From the IMG/VR virus record IMGVR_UViG_3300009155_004654, positions 1-52,459 of that record: a DNA stretch of 52,459 bases. One strand, written 5' to 3'. This stretch comes from a virus (Duplodnaviria; Caudoviricetes). The notes beneath the pieces are model-generated. The model saw only the letters and a list, made by a program, of their open reading frames with translations, did no database searches and was not told the origin of the DNA. Below, piece after piece: positions 1 through 8,635 of the stretch (position 1 is its first letter; the number at the start of each line of letters is the position of its first letter). A program made the translations under genes and the position numbers.

Positions 1-10
1 ACAGGCTCCA
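1..10 (+). tRNA. 3' end (CCA) of a tRNA truncated by the window edge
   Basis: ACAGGCTCCA ends in CCA 5 nt before the next tRNA, as in a tandem tRNA array. Confidence 0.5.
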
Positions 11-15
11 CATAT

Positions 16-90
16 GGTCGCATGGTCTAGGGGTCATGACGCTAGCCTTTCACGCTGGAAATCGGGGTTCAACTCCCCGTGCGACTACCA
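16..90 (+). tRNA. tRNA-Glu(TTC)
   Basis: Acceptor GGTCGCA/TGCGACT, anticodon loop CTTTCAC, T arm CGGGG-TTCAACT-CCCCG, encoded CCA. Confidence 0.93.
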
Positions 91-95
91 ATTTA

Positions 96-170
96 GGCTA
101 AGTAACTCAGCGGTAGAGTAATCGGCTGTTAACCGATAGGTCGTTGGATCGTTCCCAACCTTAGCCGCCA
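96..170 (+). tRNA. tRNA-Asn(GTT), atypical T loop
   Basis: Acceptor GGCTAAG/CTTAGCC, anticodon stem ATCGG/CCGAT with loop CTGTTAA, T arm GTTGG-ATCGTTC-CCAAC, encoded CCA. Confidence 0.9.
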
Positions 171-238
171 TTTTATATTATATGATAATTGCTTTTCCCG
201 AAGTTCGATACTACTTATTATCATAGGAGATAATAATA

Positions 239-790
239 ATGTCGAAAAGTTCGGAGGCAGTAAAACGTTGGAGAGAAAATACTAAATCAAGATTAGTAGA
301 AGGTATGGGTGGAAAATGCGTTATATGTGGATACTCAAAATGTAAAGCCGCATTAGATTTTCATCATATCGATCCAAACGAAAAAGAATTTGCTTTAGGT
401 GCAGCAAGAGGTTCCATATTAAATTGGGAAAAACTTGTAGACGAAGTTAAAAAATGTGTTCTTTTGTGCGCTAACTGTCATAGAGAAATACATGAAGGTG
501 TAGCAGAATTACCTAATGAGTTACCAATTTTTCTAAAAGAACATGAAGAATATAAAGTAATAAGAGCAGAAAGTAAATTTGATGTTTGTTCGATATGTGG
601 AAAGAAAAAAAGAAATAATCTTTCTTCTTGTTCCGTCGAGTGTTCTACATTAAAGAGAAGAAAGATAAGTAATAGACCTTCCAAAGAACAACTACTTGAC
701 GAGTTAAAAACAACAAGTTACGTTCAAGTAGGAAAGAAATATGGTGTCTCGGACAACGCAATAAGAAAATGGGTGAACTCAAATAAATAA
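239..790 (+). CDS. HNH homing endonuclease with Zn-binding cysteines and C-terminal HTH
   Basis: CVICG..LDFHH..LLCANCHREIH; C-terminal YVQVGKKYGVSDNAIRKW. Confidence 0.88.
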   Translation: MSKSSEAVKRWRENTKSRLVEGMGGKCVICGYSKCKAALDFHHIDPNEKEFALGAARGSILNWEKLVDEVKKCVLLCANCHREIHEGVAELPNELPIFLKEHEEYKVIRAESKFDVCSICGKKKRNNLSSCSVECSTLKRRKISNRPSKEQLLDELKTTSYVQVGKKYGVSDNAIRKWVNSNK

Positions 791-807
791 TCAAAAACTA
801 TTTATAA

Positions 808-1119
808 GTGATGATAACCTGTAACGAAAATAACATTAGAGATATTATAGATGAAAACACTTTTGTAGTAGTTCAATTTGGTAAATTATTTTGTTCACCT
901 TGTAAGCAATTAAAACCCAAGATTGAAAAACTATCAATTGATAATCCATCTATAATATTTGCTTATGTTGATGTTGAAAACACTCAAGATTTTTGCGTTG
1001 AGTGTGAAGTTTTATCTGTTCCTACTACTATCGCCTATTATAATAGTATTGAAATTGGTAGAGTAATTGGAAATAATGAAATTTTAGTAAAAGAACTTAT
1101 AAAAAAGATATCTATTTAA
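808..1119 (+). CDS. Thioredoxin
   Basis: FCSPCK (WCxPC-like) active site and SVPT cis-Pro motif. Confidence 0.85.
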   Translation: MMITCNENNIRDIIDENTFVVVQFGKLFCSPCKQLKPKIEKLSIDNPSIIFAYVDVENTQDFCVECEVLSVPTTIAYYNSIEIGRVIGNNEILVKELIKKISI

Positions 1120-1128
1120 AGGTTCAAT

Positions 1129-1506
1129 ATGTTACAAATTAGAATATGCTCAAAATGTTGTAAACAACTTCCTTTAACGGAAGAATTCTTTACAAAAAAT
1201 GTTTCAACTAATACAAATGGAAAGCAGTATTTTAGACCAGAATGTAAAGAATGTAATAAGAAGCGCAATAAAGGTCAAAAAGAAGCGTACAAATTAGCTG
1301 GTGAACCTAAATATCCAGCAATAGGTACTCCATGTGATTTATGCAATAGAACAGATATGAAGCTGGTTTTCGATCATGATCATAAAACTTTAGAACATAG
1401 AGGATGGTTGTGTGAAAATTGTAATCAAGGTCTAGGAAGATTAGGCGACACCGAAGAAAGCTTACAAAGAGCATTAAATTATTTAAAAAAGTCAAAGAAC
1501 CCCTAA
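1129..1506 (+). CDS. Endonuclease VII-family (HNH-type) nuclease
   Basis: CDLC..DHDH..RGWLCENCNQGLG signature; N-terminal Zn finger. Confidence 0.88.
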   Translation: MLQIRICSKCCKQLPLTEEFFTKNVSTNTNGKQYFRPECKECNKKRNKGQKEAYKLAGEPKYPAIGTPCDLCNRTDMKLVFDHDHKTLEHRGWLCENCNQGLGRLGDTEESLQRALNYLKKSKNP

Positions 1507-1536
1507 TCACAATAGATGGTTAGGGGGTTTTTCTTT
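1498..1536 (+). terminator. Rho-independent terminator
   Basis: AACCCCTAATC..GGTTAGGGGGTT stem followed by T run. Confidence 0.75.
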
Positions 1537-1571
1537 ATAATTTAACTATTTATGCTTAGGAACTTTTATAA

Positions 1572-2237
1572 ATGAGAATAACCGAAGCACAATTAAGAAG
1601 AATCATTCGCGAAGAGCTAGAAAGCGTAACGGGCGATAAAATGTCTATTCTTCCTCCAGACGTTTCACCAGAATTATTTGCGAAAGCATTTAAAATGTAT
1701 TATGGTAGTAAAGAGATTCAAAAAATATTTGTTGATCGTTATGATACTAAATTTGATACAGGAGAATATCTTCGTTCACTTACTAGAGTAGATGATTATA
1801 CAGGAAAAAGCCACCTTACACAACAAGAAGCAGAAGAAGCATTAAAACTTCTTGAAATGTGTATAAAAGGCGAGCAATATGAATTTGGTTATTTAGAAAT
1901 TGTATATTCCATAAGAAAATTATTTAACAAAACTATTGATAGAGGTCCAGATGCTTTGAAAGATATTTATTATACTTACTTCAGTCCAAATATAAATATA
2001 GGAATTATAACCCACATATTATATTCTCCAGCTTCAATAACGACACATACTAAAATTAGTGAAATGAAGAACAGTGTTAATGCTGAGGATTTACAAAAGC
2101 AAATTGATGCTCTTGAATCACTAAAAGCCTTCACAGAACCTAAACAACTTAGCAGATCGAACCTTCTTAAATTAAAGAGGCTTGCTGTTGATCCGGAAGG
2201 TCTGTTTCAAGCTGCCCAATTATATGAGATGCTTTAA
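1572..2237 (+). CDS. Putative internal head protein (MRITE-tag family), paralog A
   Basis: N-terminal MRITEAQLRRIIREELE; late motif at 1545; tandem paralog of next gene (shared SILP.DVS and QAA.LY.ML ends). Confidence 0.6.
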   Translation: MRITEAQLRRIIREELESVTGDKMSILPPDVSPELFAKAFKMYYGSKEIQKIFVDRYDTKFDTGEYLRSLTRVDDYTGKSHLTQQEAEEALKLLEMCIKGEQYEFGYLEIVYSIRKLFNKTIDRGPDALKDIYYTYFSPNINIGIITHILYSPASITTHTKISEMKNSVNAEDLQKQIDALESLKAFTEPKQLSRSNLLKLKRLAVDPEGLFQAAQLYEML

Positions 2238-2238
2238 A

Positions 2239-2883
2239 ATGAGAATAACCGAAGTCCAACTTAGACATATTATTCGTGATGAAATAAAAAATGTAATAGA
2301 TGATAAACTATCTATCTTGCCTTCAAATGTATCCACAGATTTATTTGTTAAGCACTATAATGTGTGTTGGGGTGGAAAAGAGGATAACGATATAACTAAA
2401 AAAAGAATTAATATTACACATATCACAAAAGGTCTTAAAGATAATTCTATTAACAATAGAACACTTACCGATAATGAGGTTCAAGAAGCATTTATTCTTC
2501 TTAATGCTTGTTTGGATGGTGGAGAATACAATAAATACAACATACACGAAGTTTTAGAACTTATCTCAAAAATTATTAAAGTTTCTTCTTATGACTTAAA
2601 ACTTCGACACATTAAAGAACTAGTAGGGTTAATGGATGCTACAAGAAGATTTGTAGATGGTCTAACGTGGAACCCTACTCTTAATGCCCTTAGTAGAGTA
2701 GTAGAACTTAAGACAAATGTTGACCCAGACAATTTAGAGAAAGGAATTGAATTTATGAATTCCTTACAAAACTTTGCTGAACAAAAAGAACTTGATGAAG
2801 AAATAGTAGAAAAACTAAAAGAATTAATACTTTCAGACATCGGTGGTATGCAACAAGCTGCTGAACTTTATTCTATGCTTTAA
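2239..2883 (+). CDS. Putative internal head protein (MRITE-tag family), paralog B
   Basis: Start moved to ATG 2239 (MRITEVQLRHIIRDEI); homologous to 1572-2237. Confidence 0.6.
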   Translation: MRITEVQLRHIIRDEIKNVIDDKLSILPSNVSTDLFVKHYNVCWGGKEDNDITKKRINITHITKGLKDNSINNRTLTDNEVQEAFILLNACLDGGEYNKYNIHEVLELISKIIKVSSYDLKLRHIKELVGLMDATRRFVDGLTWNPTLNALSRVVELKTNVDPDNLEKGIEFMNSLQNFAEQKELDEEIVEKLKELILSDIGGMQQAAELYSML

Positions 2884-2928
2884 TTTTTATCCCCTTGACT
2901 TCTTCTCCAACCTCGTTAAGATTGAAGT

Positions 2929-3165
2929 ATGATCAACGAACCTCAAATTGGCGATCTTGTCCAGCTAGTAAAGCATATTGCTCTAAAAAATCAAGACCGC
3001 TATAAGGCTGCACAACTCTATAAACCTTCTAATGTTTATGGACTTATTACTAAAATCTCCAGCGGTTATTATGATAGCAAAGTAAACTATTATACCGTTA
3101 TGTGGCTTACAACAGGCGAAAGTTATAAGTATGAAGCAGAAGAACTAGCAAAGGTCATCGAATGA
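2929..3165 (+). CDS. Small KOW/SH3-like early protein
   Basis: QIGDLV..YGLIT..YYTVMW pattern; ATG 7 nt after -10. Confidence 0.7.
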   Translation: MINEPQIGDLVQLVKHIALKNQDRYKAAQLYKPSNVYGLITKISSGYYDSKVNYYTVMWLTTGESYKYEAEELAKVIE

Positions 3166-3317
3166 AATTTAAAGTTGGTGACCTTGTTTGTCGCAACAAT
3201 ATTGAATATGGAATAGTCATTAACGTTTATCACAATACTTACAAAGTTGAATGGTTGCACGATAATAGCAAGACGATACATATTAGTTCTAATCGAAAGA
3301 TCAAGAAGGTATCATAA
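3162..3317 (+). CDS. Small KOW/SH3-like early protein (51 aa, not in ORF track)
   Basis: MKFKVGDLVCRNNIEYGIVINVYHNTYKVEW..; start/stop overlaps with both neighbours. Confidence 0.75.
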   Translation: MKFKVGDLVCRNNIEYGIVINVYHNTYKVEWLHDNSKTIHISSNRKIKKVS

Positions 3318-3499
3318 TGTTCCAAATTGGTGATCTTGTAATGATGCCAGCCGATAAAATTGATGATGAAGTTTTTGGAATCATTACAGGACTTGATCGA
3401 GAAATGTATGGTTTAAAGTTTTATAAGATTTTATGGTTTGATGGTCAAGATTCAAGCGAGGCACAAAACGATATTGTAAAGGTGGATACAGATGTTTAA
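3317..3499 (+). CDS. Small KOW/SH3-like early protein
   Basis: MFQIGDLV..FGIIT..YKILWFDG. Confidence 0.75.
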   Translation: MFQIGDLVMMPADKIDDEVFGIITGLDREMYGLKFYKILWFDGQDSSEAQNDIVKVDTDV

Positions 3500-3656
3500 G
3501 ATTGGTGACCTCGTAACTCTTGCTCGTTCTAACGGATCTATTGTTGGATTTGTTACAAGTGTAGTTGATAAACCTTTTGTATGGGTTAAATGGTTTGGTA
3601 ACGATAAGTCAGTAGTTTATTCTTATACCTCGTTGGAGCTTGTTAACCATGTTTAA
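3492..3656 (+). CDS. Small KOW/SH3-like early protein (54 aa, not in ORF track)
   Basis: MFKIGDLVTLARSNGSIVGFVTSVVDKPFVWVKWFG.. Confidence 0.75.
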   Translation: MFKIGDLVTLARSNGSIVGFVTSVVDKPFVWVKWFGNDKSVVYSYTSLELVNHV

Positions 3657-3849
3657 AATTGGTGACCTTGTTGAATACCAAATGGGAAACATTAAGATAG
3701 TAGGATTTGTTGAATGTTTTGTAGATAGTAAAGTAGGAGTTAGATGGTTAAATAATGGTAATGAATTTCCCAAGAACCATCTTTCTGTTTTTACTAATCC
3801 TCTTGACTTCCTCCGAAAGATTGATAAGATAGATGAAGAGGTGACCTAA
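3649..3849 (+). CDS. Small KOW/SH3-like early protein
   Basis: MFKIGDLVEY..VGFVE..VRWL; start moved to 3649. Confidence 0.75.
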   Translation: MFKIGDLVEYQMGNIKIVGFVECFVDSKVGVRWLNNGNEFPKNHLSVFTNPLDFLRKIDKIDEEVT

Positions 3850-4031
3850 TGGATGGTGACAATAATCGTGTAGCAGCAATTATTTCTTCTATTGTTTTCT
3901 TTATTGGATTTCTAATTGGTGCATATGTGATTAACTTTAAGTTCAAGGAAGATACTTATGATTGCACAGTAAAGTGTCTTATGGCTCATTCAATTCAATT
4001 TAACGATAAATGCTATTGTGAGGTAAAATAA
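3849..4031 (+). CDS. Small membrane protein
   Basis: One hydrophobic helix followed by a Cys-rich tail; SD GAGGTG. Confidence 0.6.
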   Translation: MDGDNNRVAAIISSIVFFIGFLIGAYVINFKFKEDTYDCTVKCLMAHSIQFNDKCYCEVK

Positions 4032-4032
4032 A

Positions 4033-4344
4033 ATGACTTTTGTAAACGAGCAAAATGTAAAGGACTTTGTATCAAAAAATCCAAAATCCCTTGTAATGGT
4101 CGGGGCTAGCTGGTGTATGCCTTGTCGCGTTATGAAACCAAGGGTAATTAATATGGAACAGGATTACGATACTGTTTCTTTTGCTTACCTTGATATTGAC
4201 GAGGGACAGGGATGGGCGAAGGAACATAATATTATGGCAGTTCCAACTTTCGTCTTGTATGTTGATGGAAAGGTTGTTAGGGCTATGCCTACCTCAAATG
4301 AAATGGGGGTAAGAGATCTTCTCAGCCTAACAAAGAAACTTTAA
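4033..4344 (+). CDS. Thioredoxin
   Basis: ASWCMPCR and AVPTF motifs. Confidence 0.9.
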   Translation: MTFVNEQNVKDFVSKNPKSLVMVGASWCMPCRVMKPRVINMEQDYDTVSFAYLDIDEGQGWAKEHNIMAVPTFVLYVDGKVVRAMPTSNEMGVRDLLSLTKKL

Positions 4345-4386
4345 TCAACCCTTGACCGCATATGTCCCCAGCGTTAAGCTTCCTAC

Positions 4387-4575
4387 ATGAGAGCAGTAGA
4401 CAAGCAAATAAACGTTGGGGACATTTTCTATAATAAGAATAGAAATTTTTATGTCCTTGTTGTTCAAATCATAGAAAGTGAGGATTTTTATAATGTAGTT
4501 TATCTTCACAGACCCGATGAACATTTAATATTTGGCCTTAAAACATTTGAAAGATCTTACAATAAGGTATCATAA
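4387..4575 (+). CDS. Small KOW/SH3-like early protein
   Basis: INVGDIF motif; leaderless after promoter 4352-4380. Confidence 0.65.
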   Translation: MRAVDKQINVGDIFYNKNRNFYVLVVQIIESEDFYNVVYLHRPDEHLIFGLKTFERSYNKVS

Positions 4576-4775
4576 TGACCCTATATAATATTGGAGATAT
4601 CTTTATTGATATTATTAGCTGTGATGCTGGCGACGACGAAATTTATTGTATGATCGTTAAAATTGAACAGGATTATTATACAATTCAATATTTTAAGCCT
4701 GTTGAGGAAGAAGAAACTATTTTTTCTTTTACTTATGCTAGCTTTGACCGCTATTTTAGGAAGGTGTCCCCATGA
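4575..4775 (+). CDS. Small KOW/SH3-like early protein
   Basis: YNIGDIF motif; paralog of previous gene (FeRy..KVS end). Confidence 0.65.
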   Translation: MTLYNIGDIFIDIISCDAGDDEIYCMIVKIEQDYYTIQYFKPVEEEETIFSFTYASFDRYFRKVSP

Positions 4776-5107
4776 ATATTCCCGAAACTTACATTAATCA
4801 ATCAGTTAAGCCGCGAGGAGCTACAATTAACGAGCGTCTTAATTATCTCCTTAATTGGTATGTTGATACAGGCACAAAGGTAGGCAAGGACTCCGATTGG
4901 CCTTATCAAGTTCAGTTCTGCGCTATTATGGCCGATCAAGGAAAGACACTTCGTCCTATTTTGATGAAGGAAACAAACGAAGATACGCGAAATGCTATCG
5001 TTAATTTTCTTCCCCTTGTTGAACACATGCAGGCTAATAATCGTTCTGCTGCTGGAATTTCATTTTTTACTTATCTTTACGTTGAACTAAACAAGGTGAT
5101 TGCATGA
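4772..5107 (+). CDS. Hypothetical protein
   Basis: ATGA-coupled ORF in operon. Confidence 0.65.
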   Translation: MNIPETYINQSVKPRGATINERLNYLLNWYVDTGTKVGKDSDWPYQVQFCAIMADQGKTLRPILMKETNEDTRNAIVNFLPLVEHMQANNRSAAGISFFTYLYVELNKVIA

Positions 5108-5301
5108 TTTTTTCTCTTCTAATTCTTTCTATTGCTTTTACAGTTTACTGCACGATTGGTTATGCTTATCATCCCGATACAAAAATTAATCTTAAGGTTC
5201 CCATCATTCCTGTTGTTGTCGATTTGATTGAGTACGATTACGTTCAAGATCCCGAAGACGTAGACCCTCCAACAATTGTAATGCCAAGGAAGCAAAAATG
5301 A
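5104..5301 (+). CDS. Small membrane/secreted protein
   Basis: N-terminal hydrophobic helix, coupled ORF. Confidence 0.55.
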   Translation: MIFSLLILSIAFTVYCTIGYAYHPDTKINLKVPIIPVVVDLIEYDYVQDPEDVDPPTIVMPRKQK

Positions 5302-5525
5302 AGTTGGTTGATTATCTTAATAATTGTGTAACTGATGAAACCTCCGTCATTTTTGGAAAGTTTGGAGCAATCGAAAGTTTTAATCTAAATCCTAATGAAA
5401 AGGTAAAGGTTCTTACTCAAAAGGTAATGAGGGACAAAAAGTATTTCTCAATCGATACCTTGACGGTCAACAAGAGGGGAGATATCTTGTTGATTGAAAG
5501 CGGAGATAAGAAGTGGGTTCCATAA
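5298..5525 (+). CDS. Hypothetical protein
   Basis: Coupled ORF. Confidence 0.55.
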   Translation: MKLVDYLNNCVTDETSVIFGKFGAIESFNLNPNEKVKVLTQKVMRDKKYFSIDTLTVNKRGDILLIESGDKKWVP

Positions 5526-5734
5526 AATTTAATTATGCGGATCTTGTAATTCTTAAAATTAGTTATAGTAAATCTAATAACAATTCTGTGCGTAGAGGTT
5601 CCATAGGGATTATTGTTGATCCAAAAGGTGATCGCAGTTACAATATTGTGAAGGTATTTGGTAGTGATGATAATTGGTATCTTAAAGATGATGAAATGGA
5701 TCTTCTTGAACATTCCTTGACGGCTAAACGATAA
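5513..5734 (+). CDS. Small KOW/SH3-like early protein
   Basis: KFNYADLV..GSIGIIVD variant. Confidence 0.55.
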   Translation: MGSIKFNYADLVILKISYSKSNNNSVRRGSIGIIVDPKGDRSYNIVKVFGSDDNWYLKDDEMDLLEHSLTAKR

Positions 5735-5763
5735 CAGGCTAAGCTATAAGCATCGGAGGGAAG

Positions 5764-5970
5764 ATGAACTTTCGAGTAGGTGATCTTATTATGCACAAGC
5801 ACCGCAAGCATTATGGTTTGGTCGCAAAAGCTATGAAGCCATATTGGCTCAATTACTCCTTGCGCGACGAGCAGTATGATATTACTTGGTTTGATGAAGA
5901 ACTAAATAATCGTCATAATGCTGGCCTCCTACAGATTGAACATGGTGATATGCTTGTTAAGGCAACCTAA
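5764..5970 (+). CDS. Small KOW/SH3-like early protein
   Basis: MNFRVGDLI..YGLV..YDITWFD; SD GGAGG. Confidence 0.72.
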   Translation: MNFRVGDLIMHKHRKHYGLVAKAMKPYWLNYSLRDEQYDITWFDEELNNRHNAGLLQIEHGDMLVKAT

Positions 5971-5982
5971 AGATCGGAGGAA

Positions 5983-6300
5983 ATGATGATTAACAACCGT
6001 CCCGAAATTGGCGATATAATTATGCTTCTTCGCCCAGAAATTGTTGAACTACCAACCAAGGTTCGTAGGGGTCGTCCTCCCAAGGTTCCTCGTATTGAGA
6101 CAAAAACTACTTGGCATGATGATGTTGAGGCAATTATTATTAGTGGTCCTATGCAGGGAATTTCTAGCGATGGTGAAGATTATTGGCTTGAATGGGTGAC
6201 GCAACGCCTTGACGACGGTCGCCCGCATGTTATTACTAGTAGTGGACGCTGGACAGGTTCAAATTGGCGTATCATCCAAAGGGTAAATCCAAATGCCTAA
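5983..6300 (+). CDS. KOW/SH3-like protein with AT-hook-like insert
   Basis: EIGDII motif plus RRGRPPK AT-hook-like peptide. Confidence 0.6.
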   Translation: MMINNRPEIGDIIMLLRPEIVELPTKVRRGRPPKVPRIETKTTWHDDVEAIIISGPMQGISSDGEDYWLEWVTQRLDDGRPHVITSSGRWTGSNWRIIQRVNPNA

Positions 6301-6511
6301 TTATTATCAATCAAAGTTTGAAAAGGGTTCTCTGTGGTATGCGGTCCCTACAAATCATAAGAGGTCACCATTTCATTTTATTGTTAGAGATCCTCGCCCG
6401 CTTGATGCTCGCCTTGCTATTTATGATTTTGAGAGCGGAGAGCTTAAGGAAAATTTCTATCTAAACTATTCCGATCTTGCAACAAACTATATTGTAACTA
6501 AGGTAGCATAA
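6293..6511 (+). CDS. Hypothetical protein
   Basis: Coupled ORF; KFEKGSLW resembles the family N-terminus. Confidence 0.55.
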   Translation: MPNYYQSKFEKGSLWYAVPTNHKRSPFHFIVRDPRPLDARLAIYDFESGELKENFYLNYSDLATNYIVTKVA

Positions 6512-6717
6512 TGTCCAGCAAGAAGTTTGACGATGTGAAGATTGGTGATATCCTTATTTCTAAGCAGCAAACCTCAGACGGGAGCAATTTTGTAGGAACC
6601 GTTGAAGCTATTCATTATTTGCCAACAAAGCGTTTGACTGTTAGGATGTTCCGTAATAATACTAATTATACTATTCATTCAACCTCTATCGGTGTAACTT
6701 GGTATATTGTAACCTAA
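6511..6717 (+). CDS. Small KOW/SH3-like early protein
   Basis: VKIGDIL..VGTVE motif. Confidence 0.65.
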   Translation: MSSKKFDDVKIGDILISKQQTSDGSNFVGTVEAIHYLPTKRLTVRMFRNNTNYTIHSTSIGVTWYIVT

Positions 6718-6719
6718 AC

Positions 6720-6941
6720 ATGGAGAATTCAAATATGGTGCTAATGCACGGCGATCTTGTTTTTCAAATCAAGGAACCAAACAAGTTTTATTTTGTTCTA
6801 AATCCTTGTAGACCCGCTGATGGTTTTACGCAGGTTGTTGTCCAAAATGTAGAGGACAGAAACGATTTTCGATATATCAACAAATTTTGGTTTGACGCTG
6901 GCAATTGGGAGCGTTATACTGAACCCACAAAGGAGAATTAA
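6720..6941 (+). CDS. Small KOW/SH3-like early protein
   Basis: HGDLVF motif; start moved to 6720 or later. Confidence 0.55.
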   Translation: MENSNMVLMHGDLVFQIKEPNKFYFVLNPCRPADGFTQVVVQNVEDRNDFRYINKFWFDAGNWERYTEPTKEN

Positions 6942-6942
6942 C

Positions 6943-7149
6943 GTGGCTTTCCGTGGCTTTTTCGATGATGATAACAATAATGATAACAGTAAGAAGGTGC
7001 TTAATTGCCCCATTCATGGTGATTACCCAGCTTCTATGAAGGCTTTTGGGTGTCCCGAATGTGCGAAGGAGCAGGAGGACGAGCAAGAAATTGAAGAAAT
7101 GCTTGACAAGTCCAAGATTGCTCGTTTTAATACTCCAAGGAAGCGGTAA
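6943..7149 (+). CDS. Small Zn-finger protein
   Basis: GTG start after AAGGAG; CPIHG..GCPEC. Confidence 0.65.
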   Translation: MAFRGFFDDDNNNDNSKKVLNCPIHGDYPASMKAFGCPECAKEQEDEQEIEEMLDKSKIARFNTPRKR

Positions 7150-7313
7150 TGTTATATCACGATTTAACTGACAGAGAAATTATCCAAACTCTTGTTGAGG
7201 ATAAAATTCTGCTTGAAGCAAAAGTTAAGCAATTAGAATCCGAGGTGGAGAAACTTAAAAATAAGAGCGACAAGAAAACTATGTCAATCCCACTATTTAG
7301 ATTTGGAGATTGA
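7149..7313 (+). CDS. Small coiled-coil protein (54 aa, not in ORF track)
   Basis: MLYHDLTDREIIQTLVEDKILLEAKVKQLESEVEKLK.. heptad pattern; TAATG coupling. Confidence 0.6.
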   Translation: MLYHDLTDREIIQTLVEDKILLEAKVKQLESEVEKLKNKSDKKTMSIPLFRFGD

Positions 7314-7315
7314 TT

Positions 7316-7564
7316 ATGAGATATCTTATTTTAGCCCCCTTGCTTTTGCTTGCTGGAGATGCTAGAGCAGAGGACGAAGAACCAAAAAAGGTCTATCGCA
7401 AAGAAACAACCATCGATTTTGAAGAACTAGAAATTGAGGGTATTTTAGTTAAACCTCAATCAGCATTAGTCCTTGAAAGGAAAAAGGCAAGTTTTAATCC
7501 GCTTATTAAACTTAGAACGGATTGGAACGATGAAATCGAAAAGAACGTTGACGAAGTGAAATAA
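7316..7564 (+). CDS. cglF: Homolog of myxobacterial adventurous gliding motility protein CglF/GltF
   Basis: Sec signal peptide (..AGDARA) then KKVYRKETTIDFEELEIEGILVKPQ..ERKKASFNPLIKLRTDWNDEIEKNVDEV, matching recalled CglF pattern YxKKTxIDFxDxxIEGELxKP..RKxxxFxxLIxxRxxFxxEL. Confidence 0.8.
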   Translation: MRYLILAPLLLLAGDARAEDEEPKKVYRKETTIDFEELEIEGILVKPQSALVLERKKASFNPLIKLRTDWNDEIEKNVDEVK

Positions 7565-7581
7565 CCCGTTAAGAGGCTTTC

Positions 7582-7776
7582 ATGGACCGCACCCTGTACG
7601 AATTCCAAACGGGCGATATTGTAGCCCATCGCATGAACGAGAATAAAACGGGAGTTGTTCTTGAAGCCAAATATCTAAATCACAAGGGTAGAGAAATTCT
7701 TTATATTTGCTGGTTCGATGAAGGCCCAGCATCTAAAAAGCGTTATCCAGCCGCGCATATTGTAAAAGTATCGTAG
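7582..7776 (+). CDS. Small KOW/SH3-like early protein
   Basis: FQTGDIV..TGVVL..YICWFD. Confidence 0.72.
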   Translation: MDRTLYEFQTGDIVAHRMNENKTGVVLEAKYLNHKGREILYICWFDEGPASKKRYPAAHIVKVS

Positions 7777-7797
7777 ATTTTTATAGGAGAAACTAAA

Positions 7798-7890
7798 ATG
7801 CCCCTAAATGAAGCCTTTGATCCTTTTTTGATCGTAGTATTCCTGGTTTTTTTCTTTGCTATTTCTACTGCTGCGAAACTTCGTCTTTAA
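7798..7890 (+). CDS. 30-aa membrane peptide (not in ORF track)
   Basis: SD AGGAG; MPLNEAFDPFLIVVFLVFFFAISTAAKLRL. Confidence 0.5.
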   Translation: MPLNEAFDPFLIVVFLVFFFAISTAAKLRL

Positions 7891-7941
7891 CCCTTGCGCT
7901 ATCTCTAAGAGGCGTTAATAGGTATTCATCAAGGAGAGAAG

Positions 7942-8562
7942 ATGAAAGGCTATCGTCGCCACCCTCGCTGCTCGTTTTGCTCCGATACGGGCCATAATCG
8001 TCGGAGTTGCGAAAAGCTCAAGACCGTAAAAGATATTGTTGTCGAAAAGTATAAGACCCTTCGCGCAAAGTGGTGGGAATCTTACAAGAATCTTCCTTAT
8101 GGTTATGGAGCTATTTACAAGCATGTTAATGGCTCTTATGCTTATAATGAAGCTGGAGCTTGGACCCGTGCTGAACTAGGTAAGGAGATTATCCATGTTG
8201 TTGTAGGTATCCATCTTCCTACTTATATTAGCGATACAGGCTCTATTTTTACCTCGCCATTTTCTAGGATTGACGCTGGCGAGCATGGTGGTTATTCCGA
8301 TCTTCCTGTGGTTGACGGATATTTCACCAAAAATATCATGGAATCGCTTAAGCAGGGCTATAGTTATCATCCTACAAAGTGCGTTTTTGAGCGTCGTCTA
8401 CTTTCTTTTGGGGCTACCCTTGCCGATACCGTAGACCGCGATAAGCTTAACAAGTGGTTGGAAGCCCAAGACGTTACGGATTCCCATAGGTTTAGAGATT
8501 CTACAAATACCTACGGTCGTATTATAGAATCTTTTTGTATGGATACTGAACTCGTCGGATAA
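7942..8562 (+). CDS. CCHC zinc-knuckle early protein
   Basis: CSFCSDTGHNRRSC = C-x2-C-x4-H-x4-C; own promoter. Confidence 0.75.
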   Translation: MKGYRRHPRCSFCSDTGHNRRSCEKLKTVKDIVVEKYKTLRAKWWESYKNLPYGYGAIYKHVNGSYAYNEAGAWTRAELGKEIIHVVVGIHLPTYISDTGSIFTSPFSRIDAGEHGGYSDLPVVDGYFTKNIMESLKQGYSYHPTKCVFERRLLSFGATLADTVDRDKLNKWLEAQDVTDSHRFRDSTNTYGRIIESFCMDTELVG

Positions 8563-8635
8563 AAGAAACTTGAAATCCTCCTTGACGGGTCTTGTAGGGT
8601 CCGTTAAGGAGTAAATGAAGGAGAGAGGAAAACAA

